Assembly: GCA_951406725.2 (NCBI GenBank)
Contig: OX597830.1
Span: forward strand, 4,154,001 to 4,218,000
Length of the DNA: 64,000 bases
Origin: Octopus vulgaris
Taxonomy: Eukaryota
Direction: 5' to 3'
In this document: positions 26,780 to 38,376 of the stretch, in pieces
How positions within the stretch are numbered: the first letter of the stretch is position 1
Layout: each line of letters starts with the position of its first letter
Notes under the pieces: generated by a model
The model's input: only the letters and a program-made list of their open reading frames with translations
Databases searched by the model: none
What the model was told of the DNA's origin: nothing
Position numbers and translations under genes: made by a program

Positions 26780-26939
26780 ACTTTTTCTATTCCTGAGCAT
26801 TATACTAATACATCTGTTTGTTTTGTACACCACCTGTCTTCGTCTTTTGTTTTTTTCATAAACTTTCCCTATATATATTACCAACCATTTTCTTCTCATA
26901 CACACACACACACACATATATATATACATATATATATAT

Positions 26940-27000
<61 letters not shown>

Positions 27001-28928
27001 CATCATCATCATCATCGTAATTTAATGTCCATCCATGTTTCCCCTTGTGGCAGGGATCAGATGGAGTTTATTTGAGGCAGATTTTCCTTCTCTGCTCAGA
27101 ATGACGTTCAATTCCCCAACTCTCAACTGGCTCCAAGCAAAGTAAGATTTCCTCAAAGCCAGAACTTTCCCTGCAGAATAATATGGGAAATGACATCGCT
27201 TGTGCAACAGTGACATTCTTGCACATACACACATTCACACACATACACAAACACACACACACATTCACATTCACACACACAAATACACACTCACATGCTT
27301 GCACAGACTCATTCACAACAAACACATACATGTTGTTCACAAAAGTTTTCAAACAGAAGAACATAAAAAACTTTCATTTCACATTTCAAAAAGACACTCG
27401 GTGAATATTCAAAAGAAAAACAGGCTGTTTGTTGGTTGAGGATTAGAAACGGGTAACTCTGAGTACTGGAAATCTGGATCTTTCAAGTATAATGTATAAA
27501 AAGATGATACTCTGTGTATTGAGTCCTGTAATTTATCACTTCTAGTGAATCAAGACATATGTATGTATGTACATAATTCAAATTTACAGAAAATAAAAGA
27601 TGAAGACAGATGAAGGAACAACAAGCATACATACACTCATACTTAGTGAATGCTTAAAGGAGAATCTAGATAAACCAGGATTTTCAGAAAGAGAAATCAA
27701 TCGGCCGATTCATACATTATATGTGCAATCTGTGACTGAAACAGTAAAAATATGCAAGACTTTTCTCAAGTTCCAAATGTGAATTTGTCTGTGTTAACCA
27801 CATCCAAAAGATGGAGCCTTGTATCTTTGTTGGAAACTGGTTCTTTCCTCAGTGGAACGTTTTGTAATAATTAAAAAAATAGAAGAGACATACATACATG
27901 ATGGGCTTCTTTTAGTTTCCATCTTCCAAATCCATTAACAAGGCTTTCGTCAGCCCAGTGCTGTAGTAGAGGCCACTCACCAAGTGTGTCACATGGTGGG
28001 GGCTGAACCCGAAACCATGAGGTTGGGAAGCAAGCCTCTTTCCACACAGTCACACCTGTGATGTAAAAGGTATTTTTATAATTAACAGGTAGATCCTTCC
28101 ATGTAAATGTTGCCTACTGAGAGGGATAAGTGAACTTCGATAATTAAAGTTGCATAATTGGGAATATGTCATGTCTTATTAGCATAAATTTCATTATCTT
28201 CCTAAATATGAAGCTATGGCATATAATTCCTTGTGTCTTGAAGCAAGAAAAACACCATCAGAGTTAAATGGATCAATACAATGTCTCAAGAGGATTTATT
28301 ATTCGAGTTTTCTGAAAATGGTTGGCACTTATAAATTAGAGGATGCATGTTCACTCTAGATTCTATGAAGAATTTTACTACCAAAATAATGTTCAGTTGT
28401 AATTTATCATTATTGCTTTCTGTTGTTGTTGTTATCTTTTGTTTTGTTCCAGTCATTGGACTGTGGCCATGCTGGGGCACCACTATGGAGGGTTTTAGTT
28501 GAACAGATCGACCTCAGGACTTAAGAGATTTCTGGATTTTTAAAAATAATTCCGGTATTTCTTCTATCAGTCATTTTTACTGAATTAATAAATTACAAAC
28601 CAACATGTCAAAGAGTGAGGAAGGACAAACACTCTCATGCGCACACATGAACACACACATGCACACACACACACACACACAGTTGGCTTCCACACACACA
28701 GTTTCTGTAAACTAAATTCACTCACATAGCATTGTTTGGTCTGGGCTATAGTAGGAGACATTTGCCCAAGGTACTGTGCAGTGGGACTGAACCCAAAACC
28801 ACATGATTGTGAAGCAAGGTTCTTAACCACATGAAAACATAGCATTGAGAGTTAAGGAAATCTAAAAGGAAAATATGTCACTTGCATTTTTTTTTAATGA
28901 TTTGAATCGTTAATCTGTTTTTTTTTAT

Positions 28929-29278
28929 ACAGGCGTGGCTGTGTGGCAAGTAGCTTGCTTACCAGCCACATGGTTCTGAGTTCAGTCCCACTGCATGGCA
29001 CCTTGGACAAGTGTCTTCTGACCAAAGCCTTGTGAGTGGATGTGGTTGACGAAAACTGAAAGAAGCCCATCTTATATATATATGTGTGTTTGTTCCCCCA
29101 CCTTCACTTGACAACCGATGATGGTGTGCTTACGTCCCCATAACTTAGCAGTTTGGCAAAAGAGGCCAATAAAATAAGGACTAGGCTTTCAAAGAATAAA
29201 TCCTAGTGTTGATTTGCTTGACTAAAGGCGGTGCTCCAGCATGGCTACAGTCAAATGACTGATACAAGTAAAAGAATA
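28929..29278 (+). mobile_element. SINE family 1
   Basis: ggcgtggctgtgtggcaag head, ggttctgagttcagtccc B-box, gctccagcatggc 3' end. Further partial copies near 24697, 26450, 27895, 28437, 29845, 45880, 48292, 51410, 53260 and 58200. Confidence 0.8.
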
Positions 29279-30445
29279 TATATGCTAGTGTATTTTATAA
29301 TACATTTATTGATGTGAAGCCAAATGTGATGTTGTCACGTGGTTAGCTAAAGGATGAGGTGAAAAGAGAGAGAAAAGGGTTGTAAGCAGGGAAAAAGGGG
29401 ATTATCATTATGTTATGTGGTTAAATAGTTGAAGGAAGTGAAAGAGAGAGAAAGACAAGTGTTTAGGACAGGAGTGTGTGGTAGAGATGAAAAAAGAGGC
29501 AGAGAGAGAGAGAGAGTGGATTTGACATATCTATTTACATAGATACGTCGATGGACGGAGGATAGAAAGTTGGCTGGCTAGATACATTGATTATTGAATT
29601 GAAGTGAAATGACCATAGTCAGCAAGTAGCAGTCTTCTCCGTGTTCCAGCCCAAACATTGTTGCCATGCTGTGGCACTGCTGTAAGTCTGTTTATATCTT
29701 GTTGTTATAAGGTTTAAATGTTTATCTGTATTGTCTGAGTTGAAAGATTAATGCAGAGACAGAAAGAAAAAAATATGGTAGAAAGATAAGTTGGGGGGCA
29801 GGTGGCAGGTCTATAGATACATCCATATATATAGGTGAGTAATAAAAAGCTTCCTTCCAAACGACATGATTCTTGGTTCATTCCACTACATGCCACCTTT
29901 GGTAAGTGTCTTCTACTATAGCTTTGGGCTGACCAAAGCCTTGTGAGGGGAATTTGGTATTTGGGAACTGAAAGAAACCTGTCGTGTGTGTGTTGGAAGA
30001 GAAATTGACAGGTAAATAGTGGAACTGAAATGAAAAATTAATCTTGATTGGCAAGTAACTTGGGCTGAGCCTTGCTACTAATAAATGTAATGGTGGTGGT
30101 GTCAGTAGAGATGTTGACTAAGGTGGTGGAGGCAGGGCAATGGACAGTGAAGCTTTTTGTTTTGTTTTTACACTTTTATATCACCCATCACTTTACGCAT
30201 GCCCTTAGGTGAATTAATTATTATCTGCTCTGGTCAAAACTTATAAAAACGTAAACAATAACAGATGATACACAAGAGAAACAATGAGAAGGTTTAAGGT
30301 TTAAAAGGGACAGTTTTATAGTTTTCTCAATACATATATAAATATAATACTCAACTTATATATATATATATATATATAGTCTATGGACTTATAACGGTAT
30401 GTAAAACTGAATCAAAAAATCTCTAGTAAGACGTTTTTTATTGAT

Positions 30446-30488
30446 GTACCAAAAAGAGACCCAGAATGGGTCAAAACATTAGTCGTAC
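30446..30488 (+). ncRNA. Degenerate (probably inactive) type I hammerhead relic
   Basis: gtac-caaaaaga-gaccc(agaat)gggtc-aAAAC-atta-GTC-gtac: all three stems present, core mutated. Confidence 0.45.
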
Positions 30489-30525
30489 CTAATAAAATAT
30501 TTTACTCATTCCATCTATTTTATTA

Positions 30526-30567
<42 letters not shown>

Positions 30568-30686
30568 CATTACAGATATAGGGTAAAGAATTATTAATTT
30601 AATAAATTAATAAATTTACCAAGTAGTTTCGGTATGGAAAAGAGCCATATTCGGTAAAAACTTATACAAAAAGTTTTTTATATAAT

Positions 30687-30798
30687 TATAACAATAATTA
30701 AGGGTTTAGCAACAAGTTGCTTCACCACATACCGAAAATTTAGAAATTTTCGGTATGTGGTGAAGCAGCTTGTTGCTAAGCCCTTAATTATTGTTATA
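30687..30798. repeat. Near-perfect palindrome, 55-bp arms, 2-nt loop
   Basis: tataacaataattaagggtttagc...accgaaaattt-ag-aaattttcggt...gcccttaattattgttata; 2 mismatches. Confidence 0.95.
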
Positions 30799-30800
30799 TA

Positions 30801-31050
30801 TATATATAAAATTAGAAAAAAAAACACTTTTTATCAATTCAAAATGAACAATTAAATTACACCATCTAGAAAATTACATATAATAGAAAATTATATACGT
30901 TTTTATTATTATTTCTGCAATTTACTTAATCTTTACATTTTATTGTTATTTTAATTTTAACTTTTCTATTATATGTAATTTTCTAGATGGTGTAATTTAA
31001 TTGTTCATTTTGAATTGATAAAAAGTGTTTTTTTTCTAATTTTATATATA
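30801..31050. repeat. Inverted repeat, arms about 90 bp, spacer about 70 nt
   Basis: 30801-30890 is the reverse complement of 30962-31050. Confidence 0.95.
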
Positions 31051-31477
31051 TATATTATATTGTGTGAAATTTGATTTAGTATTTCTAAATTGAATTTTTT
31101 TTTTCCTTGTAAGTTTGGATTTTATTCCCTCAAATAATAAATGTATATATATACATGTACATATATAAATCAGGAAAAATCAGGAGGTATGTGAGAGGTG
31201 GATATATTTATTTAACCACTTGATATCTATAAGATTATGGCATTATACTCCTCAGAAAGGGATTACTCTGTGGTATGACAGCCGGGTACACCGAAGAAGG
31301 TGTTCATGATAGTCACGGGATTCTAGGGATCCATCTATTACACTGCATATTCATGTATGTGTATGTGTGTACATGTGTATATGTATATATATATATATGT
31401 TTGTGTGTATGTGTGTGTGTATTTTATATGTATATGTATGTATATATATGTGTATATATGAATATGTGTATGAATAT

Positions 31478-32108
31478 ATCATCATTTAACGTCCACTCTC
31501 CATGCTGGCATGGGTTAGATGGTTTGACTGGAGCTGATGAGCTGCACCAGGTTCCAGTCTGATTTGGCATGGTTTCTACAGCTGCATGCCTTTCCTAATG
31601 CCAACCACTCCAGGTGTGCAACAGGTGCTTTTATGTGCCAATGGCACAGGTGTGATTTACGTGGTACCATCAACGACCACAACTACAATGCCCAGGTGTC
31701 ATTTACATGACACCAGCAATGACCACAGCTATGATGCATGGCTGCCATTCACATGATCACCACTACCTTTTCCTTTGGCTTGGCAATTCTTCTCATACTC
31801 AGCATATCGCCAGAAGTCTCAGTCACTTGTCATCCCACCAAGAGACCCAATATCTGAAGATTATGTTCCAACACCTCCTTCCATGTCTTCCTAGGTCTAC
31901 CTCTAGCACAGTTTCCCCCCACAGTTAGAGATTAGCACTTCTTTACACAGCTGTCCTCATCCATCTGTATCACATGACCATACCAACGCAGTTGTCTCTC
32001 TTGTACACCATATCTGATTCTTCTTGTGCCCAGCTTTTCTTTCAAGACACTTACACTCTGTTGTACATGCACACTGACATTGTACATCCAGCAAAACACA
32101 CCAGCTTC
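31478..32108 (-). mobile_element. 5'-truncated RTE LINE
   Basis: catcatttaacgtcc tail at left; 31870-32108 is the reverse of the RCGVQERQLRWYGHV...RGRPRKTW region. Confidence 0.85.
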
Positions 32109-32168
32109 ATATATATATATATATATGCATAAGAATGTGCATTGTCCGTTTAATTAAAAAGTTCTATA

Positions 32169-32256
32169 TGTGGCTGAAGATTGCTCGACATTTTAAAACT
32201 GATGTAATACTTACAGTGTTTAATAAAATAAAGTAGCATGAAACAATTGTATTACA
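32169..32256 (+). ncRNA. Type I hammerhead ribozyme motif with long stem II
   Basis: tgtgg-CTGAAGA-[59 nt: tgct/agca, tgtaa/ttaca]-GAAAC-aatt-GTA-ttaca inside a (TA)n-flanked insert at 32126-32290. Confidence 0.7.
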
Positions 32257-33664
32257 CTACCTTGGCTATCCTTGTTGCCTATTTTGATTATGCATATAAA
32301 TGTATATGCATATATATACATACATGCATATATATATATATATATTACTATTTCAAAACAGGTCAACATTAGATGTCCCAATATGAAGATCTTTTATGTT
32401 CTAGAATTTCTGTGAATGAAGAAAAATTTGTGGTAAACAGAACATATTTGATAGTCATTCTAACAGTATATTGCGAGTCTTCATTAGTCAAGCTATGAAT
32501 ATTATCTCGAGATAAATAATAAAACATTAATAAATTGCTATGTAAGATGTGTTTGTGTTAAACAAAAGGACAGGAGAATAGAGTTTTGAGCGCAATGTAT
32601 CTGAAATCTGATAAAAACCATAAAATCAGACCAATAATGTAAGAGTAATTCATAGAACTCTTCTAGCTTGATAAACGGCAATCGAATAAAGCAGCAAAGT
32701 GCAGGAACTCATAGTCATCAAAACTATAATGAAAAAGTCCAAATAAATTTACAAGTTTGAGCGAATAAATTAAAATAACATAGAAAGAAGAATAAATCTA
32801 TGTAAATGTGTTTGACCTTCCACTATGTTCCCCTCCTCTCTTTCATATTTTTCACTAAATCTTTTTTTCTTTTTTTCACCCTCATCAATTTTCTCTGTCT
32901 GCAGCAAAATTGATAGATATAGTTCATGAGGATGATTTTTTGCATAATAATCTTTAGTTGTATGTCTCCTTGTTTGTTTATTTTATAACTTACAAGACAG
33001 ACACAATATTAAAATCAATTCATTGAAAAAAAAAAAAAAAAATTATTGTTTCTAAATTGATTGAAAGATGAATTCCATTAGAAAAAGAAAATGACAGAAC
33101 ATTATTTCTTTGGTATTGGAAGAAAAGATGAGTGTAACATCTTTTTAGACGGTCTTCATTAGAAGTCTTTCTTGCAGAAAATATTCAATAAATATGAGCT
33201 GATCCTTTCTATAATGGAGAATGATAATATTTTTTCCTGTATTTTGTAGATTGTGAATAATGCAAAATGTATTACTAATAAACACAATTACAAATTACTT
33301 TATATGTTTGTTAATTATTGAATTTCCAGTATCTTTAATTAAATTTCAGTAGGTAGTGTAATGATGAAGCAAAAAGTATAATTCTGTAATGTGAAATGAA
33401 GAATTAGCTAATGTATTTCCATAAAATTCTTTAATTTAAGTCTGTTTTTCAATGTTTCCATGAGCTGGGTGAGACTTCAACATTGCATCTTGGCACTTGT
33501 CAAGGTCTGTCATCATCCTCTTTGTTAGGTTCACCATCCTCAACTCTTCTTCCAATATTTTCTTTCATATTCTTCTTGTGCAGCCAACTCTTATTATTCT
33601 ATGTCTGAAAGAAAGATAATTTTCATATCAGTATATATCATCATCTTAATAATAATAATAATAA

Positions 33665-34142
33665 TCATCATCATCATCATCATTTAGCGTCCGTTTTCCA
33701 TGCTAGCATGGGTTGGACGGTTCAACTGGGGTCTGTGAAGCTGGAAGGCTTCATCAGGCCCAGTCAGATCTGGCAGTGTTTCTACGGCTGGATGCCCTTC
33801 CTAATGCCAACCACTCCGTGAGTGTAGTGGGTGCTTTTTACGTGCCTCCCGCACAGGTGCCAGACAGAGCTGGCAAACGGCCACGAACAGATGGTGCTTT
33901 TACGTGTCACCGGCACGGGGGCCAGGCGAGGCTGGCAACAGACACAAACGGATGGTGCTTTTACGTGCCACCAGCACGGGGGCCAGACAGAGCTGGCAAA
34001 CGGCCACGAGCGGATGGTGCTTTTACGTGTCACCGGCACGGGGGCCAGGCGAGGCTGGCAACGAACACGAATGGATGGTGCTTTTATGTGCCATCAACAC
34101 GGGGGCCAGACAGAGCTGGCAAACGGCCACGAACGGATGGAG
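33665..34142 (-). mobile_element. RTE 3'UTR/tail with an alternating tandem array of about 62 bp
   Basis: (CAT)n-ttagcgtccgttttccatgctagcatggg tail; units at 33831, 33894, 33955, 34017 and 34078. Confidence 0.85.
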
Positions 34143-34144
34143 CC

Positions 34145-35025
34145 ACAAGGCCTCAAATTTGTGGGAAAAGGACTACTTGACTACATTGACCCCAGTGTTT
34201 CACTGGTATTTAATTTATCAACCCTGAAAAGATGAAAGGCAAAGTCGACCTCAGCAAAATTTGAACTCAGAATGTAGTGATGGGCAAAATACTGCTAAGC
34301 ATTTTGCCCAGCATGCTAACAATTCTGCCAGCTTGCTGCCTTAATAATAATAAAAAGAAGAAGAGGAAGAAGGAGGAGGAGGAGGAGGTTGTCAACTTGA
34401 AAACACCTGATTCTTTTAAAACTCTGTCAGAACTGAAATATTACAAATTTAACAGAATCTTAGTTTCCAGAATCTGGTCTTCTTTACCCTCAGTACTCCA
34501 TTGCTAATCATAAATAATATCCATAGTAAAATGCTGTCACTTGTGGTCGTTGGTTGAGACTTGGAACAGCTTGCATAAAACAGGAAGAATAACATAAATT
34601 ATAATACTTTCTAATAAAGGCACAAAGCCTGAAATTTTGGTGGGAGGGACTGGTCGATTACATTGACCCAGTGTTTCATTGGTACTTAATTTATCGACCC
34701 CTGAAGGCAAGTCAACCCTGGTGGAATTTGAACTCAGAACATAGCAATGGGCAAAATACCACTAAGCATTTTGTCCAGCGTGCTAACAATTCTGCATTTT
34801 TCCACTCTAGGGACAATGCCTGAAATTTTGTGGAAGGGGACTAGTTGATTACCTCAACCCCAGTTTTTTATGAGGACTTAATTTATTGATACCAAAAGAA
34901 TGAAAAGCAAATTTGTCCTTAATAGAATTTGAACCCAGAATGTGAAGATGGATGAAATACTGCTAAGCATTTTGCCCATTGTGCTAATGATTCAGCTAGC
35001 TCAATGCTTTGTTGATAATAATATC

Positions 35026-35056
<31 letters not shown>

Positions 35057-35365
35057 TCAATAATATAGGCATAACAACAACATGAACTTCCAACCCTGTT
35101 GTCTCTTGAGGTCTCTGGGTGAGACTTGGAGCCAACTTGTACAAATATAAAGCAAAAGTCAAACATAGAATAATAATAATAATAATAGTAATGGGTTCAA
35201 ATTTTGACACAAGGCCAGTATTCAACTGATACTTATTTTATCAACCCCAAAAGGATAAAAGGTACAGTTGACCTTGGTGGAATTTGAACTCAGATCATAA
35301 AGATTGCTGGAATGCTGTTAAGCATTTTGCCTGGTGTGCAAACGATTCTGCCAGCCTTCTGTCTC
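34145..35365 (-). mobile_element. Cluster of at least four SINE family 2 copies (34145, 34607, 34800, 35195) interleaved with LINE ends
   Basis: Repeated aatttgaactcaga...ctaagcattttg blocks, the reverse of the 22976 copy. Confidence 0.75.
34390..34605 (+). mobile_element. LINE 3'-end fragment (probably RLE type); second copy at 37092-37315, related end at 35085-35185
   Basis: Shared tcaacttgaaaacac...attgctaatcataaataa...gtggtc.ttggtt..gacttggaacagcttg, followed by taa-rich tails. Confidence 0.55.
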
Positions 35366-36390
35366 AGTAATAATAATTTTACTAATGAATAGCTTACTTT
35401 GCTTTCATCTAACTTCTATCTTACAATCAATGAAGAAATAAATTCAATACATATCTGGCAAGTTTCAGTGAGCTCTTTTAATTGAAACAACATGTGCCAT
35501 CATCATCATCATCTGTTTTCCATGCTGGCATGGGTTGGACGATTCGACTGGGGTCTGGGAAGCCAGGAGGCTGCACCAGGCTCCAGTCTACAGCTTGATG
35601 CCCTTCCTAATGCCAAGCACTCTGAGAACATAGTGGGTGCTTTTTTACATGCCACCAGCACAGGGGCCAGAAATCATTGTATAAATTTCATACATAGTAA
35701 AAGGGTTAAATTTGTTCCTTATCATTCAATCAGAAAAGAGTAATGTTGACCTATATTCCTGAATTCCTGTCAACCATGAATTGTAATATTAAAAGATGAC
35801 TTTCTAGAGAAATGTGTTTGTTACTGGCAAATCATTCTCATATTCGAGATAAATATCATTGCTTACACTTCAGCAGGAAAAAAGGCTTTAAATTCAGCTA
35901 GGACAACAATCTTGTACTTGATATTGTTGTGCAAAGTTTAAAGTAGATTGGTTAAATTTAGCGTTAGCATCTGATATTTCTTAGAGTATGAGTTTTGATA
36001 TCATTCTATTCTCTTATATCTCCTTATATTATTCTAATGTACATTAGAAATCAGTCAATCCATGAGAGGAAATTTATAGCTTATTGTTGCCACTAATGAT
36101 ATTTTTAATGTCTGTTTTACAGATATCCGCACATATTTGTGAAATCCGTTAAGCTTACTCTCTCTTTCTGAAATTAGTGCTATCTTCTCTTCTTCCTTTT
36201 ATTTTAAGTTTTGACAACACCTAGAAAAGATTTTCTTTTTATTCTCTTTATTCATTTAGTTCTTATGCCAAACATTCCTTATTCTTCACAAAATACCTAT
36301 AGCTCTTTATAGGTAATGACCAAGAAAAATGTTAACTGTTCTTTTGTGCTGTAATAAAATAATTATATTTTTAAAAATATACTGATAGTA

Positions 36391-36423
<33 letters not shown>

Positions 36424-36597
36424 GTAACCCTTTGTACTATAAGCACAAGGTCTGAAATTTTGTGGGAGGAGAACAGTTGATTACATCATCCCCAGTGCAT
36501 AATGGGGAATTAATTCATCCACATTGAAAGGATGAGAGACAAAGTTGACCTCAGTGAAATTTGCATAATAATAATAATAATAATAATAATAATATTC

Positions 36598-37075
36598 TGC
36601 TCACTATCACAGAATTGCTAGTCAATAGCTTGACTGTCACCAGCTGAGCATGTCCCTTCTTAACTGACAATATATGCTTCTCTGATCATGAGAAGTAGTT
36701 GGGGAGCATCATAGCCATATGTTGAAGGGAGTTCTTTGGGGTTTGAGTAATTCATCTCTAGAAACATGGGTGTTGCGTTCATCATCCTTAAACAATCCTT
36801 ATTCAGAGACCTTTTGAGCAGGATAGGCTACTCAACCTGAAAAAAATTCTAACTAGGCCCCCACCTACCTGAAGGTCATGCACTGTTTATCTTGATATAG
36901 GATCATCATGCCCCGCACATATAGTAGTGGTGCATGTGCCTGGCAGATCCTTATCAGACAAGTAGTCATGGTGGGTATATTGGGCTTTGTATAGCTACAC
37001 TCAGTGTCACTTTGATGACATTCACTGCTCTCTCACTCAATAATAATAATAATAATAATGATGATGATGATAATA
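36598..37075 (+). mobile_element. Retroposon 3' end between (TAA)n runs
   Basis: Longer homolog of 5940-6310. Confidence 0.65.
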
Positions 37076-37595
37076 ATATCATTAAAACATTATCAACTTG
37101 AAAACACTTGTTTCTCTTAAAACTCTGTCAAAACTGAAATATTTCAAATGTAACAGACTCTTTGTTCTCAGATTCTGGCCTTCTTCACGTAAGCTGTATT
37201 ATTGCTAATCATAAATAACGTTCATAGTACAACGTCTGGTTTACTGTTACTCGTGGTCTTTGGTTATGACTTGGAACAGCTTGTATACAACAAAGCAAGA
37301 ATGGTATTAATAATATTAATGAGGATTTCTAGTACTGGCTCAAGGTCACATATTTTGTCCAGTCAATTAAATTGACCTCTAACTTCAATACTTGTCTGAT
37401 ACTAATTTTATTAACCCCAGACGAATAAAAAGCTGGTTTTGTATCCCAAATGTAAAAAGGAACACGTCCAGTTCTTTACAGATTCTACCAGCTTCTTTGA
37501 AATAATTCCATTATTACTATCGTCATCACTGTTGTTGTCATCAAACTGACCATTCTTTGTAGACCAATGGGCAAAATGTCTTGTAAGCGTGTGTG

Positions 37596-37634
<39 letters not shown>

Positions 37635-38289
37635 TTCAAATATTGCCAGCATCAGCAATTTACAATCATTTGTTGTTTTTGTTGCATGAAATGCTAATCA
37701 TTTGGTAATCTGTTGAAGATAATTTCAATAAGTAATTAATTCAAGTTGTTAATTTCTTTGTAGAGTCCCTGTGAGGTGTCTGTTGAGACTTGGTGCGATG
37801 TCTGTTAGGATAGGACATAGTGTGTATTGAAGCACAAAGTGGCATCCACTGGGAAATGACGTGGTGTCTACGGGAACATACTTTTGATCAATTGGAGCAG
37901 AGTTTGGTATATACTGAGTCAAAATAATGAGTTAATGGCAGCACGGGGTTGAGCTTGTTGGAGAACCAAGCATTCTTTATCGAGGCACAGTACGGAATGT
38001 ATTAGAGTATGATGTGGGGATCCATGGTGGCACAGTGTGCAGTTTATTTTGATGTAAAACAAAATATGAGATTTTATTTTCTTCTTTTTAAATAACAATG
38101 AATTGCTTTAGTTATTTAGAAAAAAGCTATATTCAATAAACGTTTCTGAAATGTAACTGCTTTAATATGTTTAATAAGCACAATTATTATAGTATCCGTA
38201 TCCAGGAACAAATAGCATCAGCTGTAACCATACACAAAAGTATAATAATAACAGGATATTAATTTACAATATGTTCCTTACATTTTATC

Positions 38290-38323
38290 ATCATCATCTT
38301 TATTATTATTATTATTATTATTA

Positions 38324-38376
<53 letters not shown>
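38290..38376. repeat. (TAT)n microsatellite
   Basis: Direct reading. Confidence 0.95.

Larger units (their letters stand above)
30185..31350. mobile_element. Stack of about six unrelated short inserts separated by (TA)n runs, including two palindromes and HHR relics
   Basis: (TA)n spacers near 30357, 30533, 30797, 31044 and 31144 separate distinct blocks. Confidence 0.65.

Noticed and set aside
30611-30660. Hammerhead on the minus strand (ccGAAAC within a tttacc/ggtaaa hairpin)
   Set aside because: No CUGANGA-like segment; only a generic hairpin
33713-34235. ORFs of 107-155 aa
   Set aside because: Derived from the tandem array in an RTE 3'UTR
37258-37275. miR-9-like tctttggttat seed
   Set aside because: Only 11 nt match, inside a LINE 3' end, with no precursor hairpin
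34390-37315. Duplicated exon pair (34390-34605 and 37092-37315)
   Set aside because: No shared open frame; both end like the LINE 3' terminus at 35085-35185, so they are dispersed repeats
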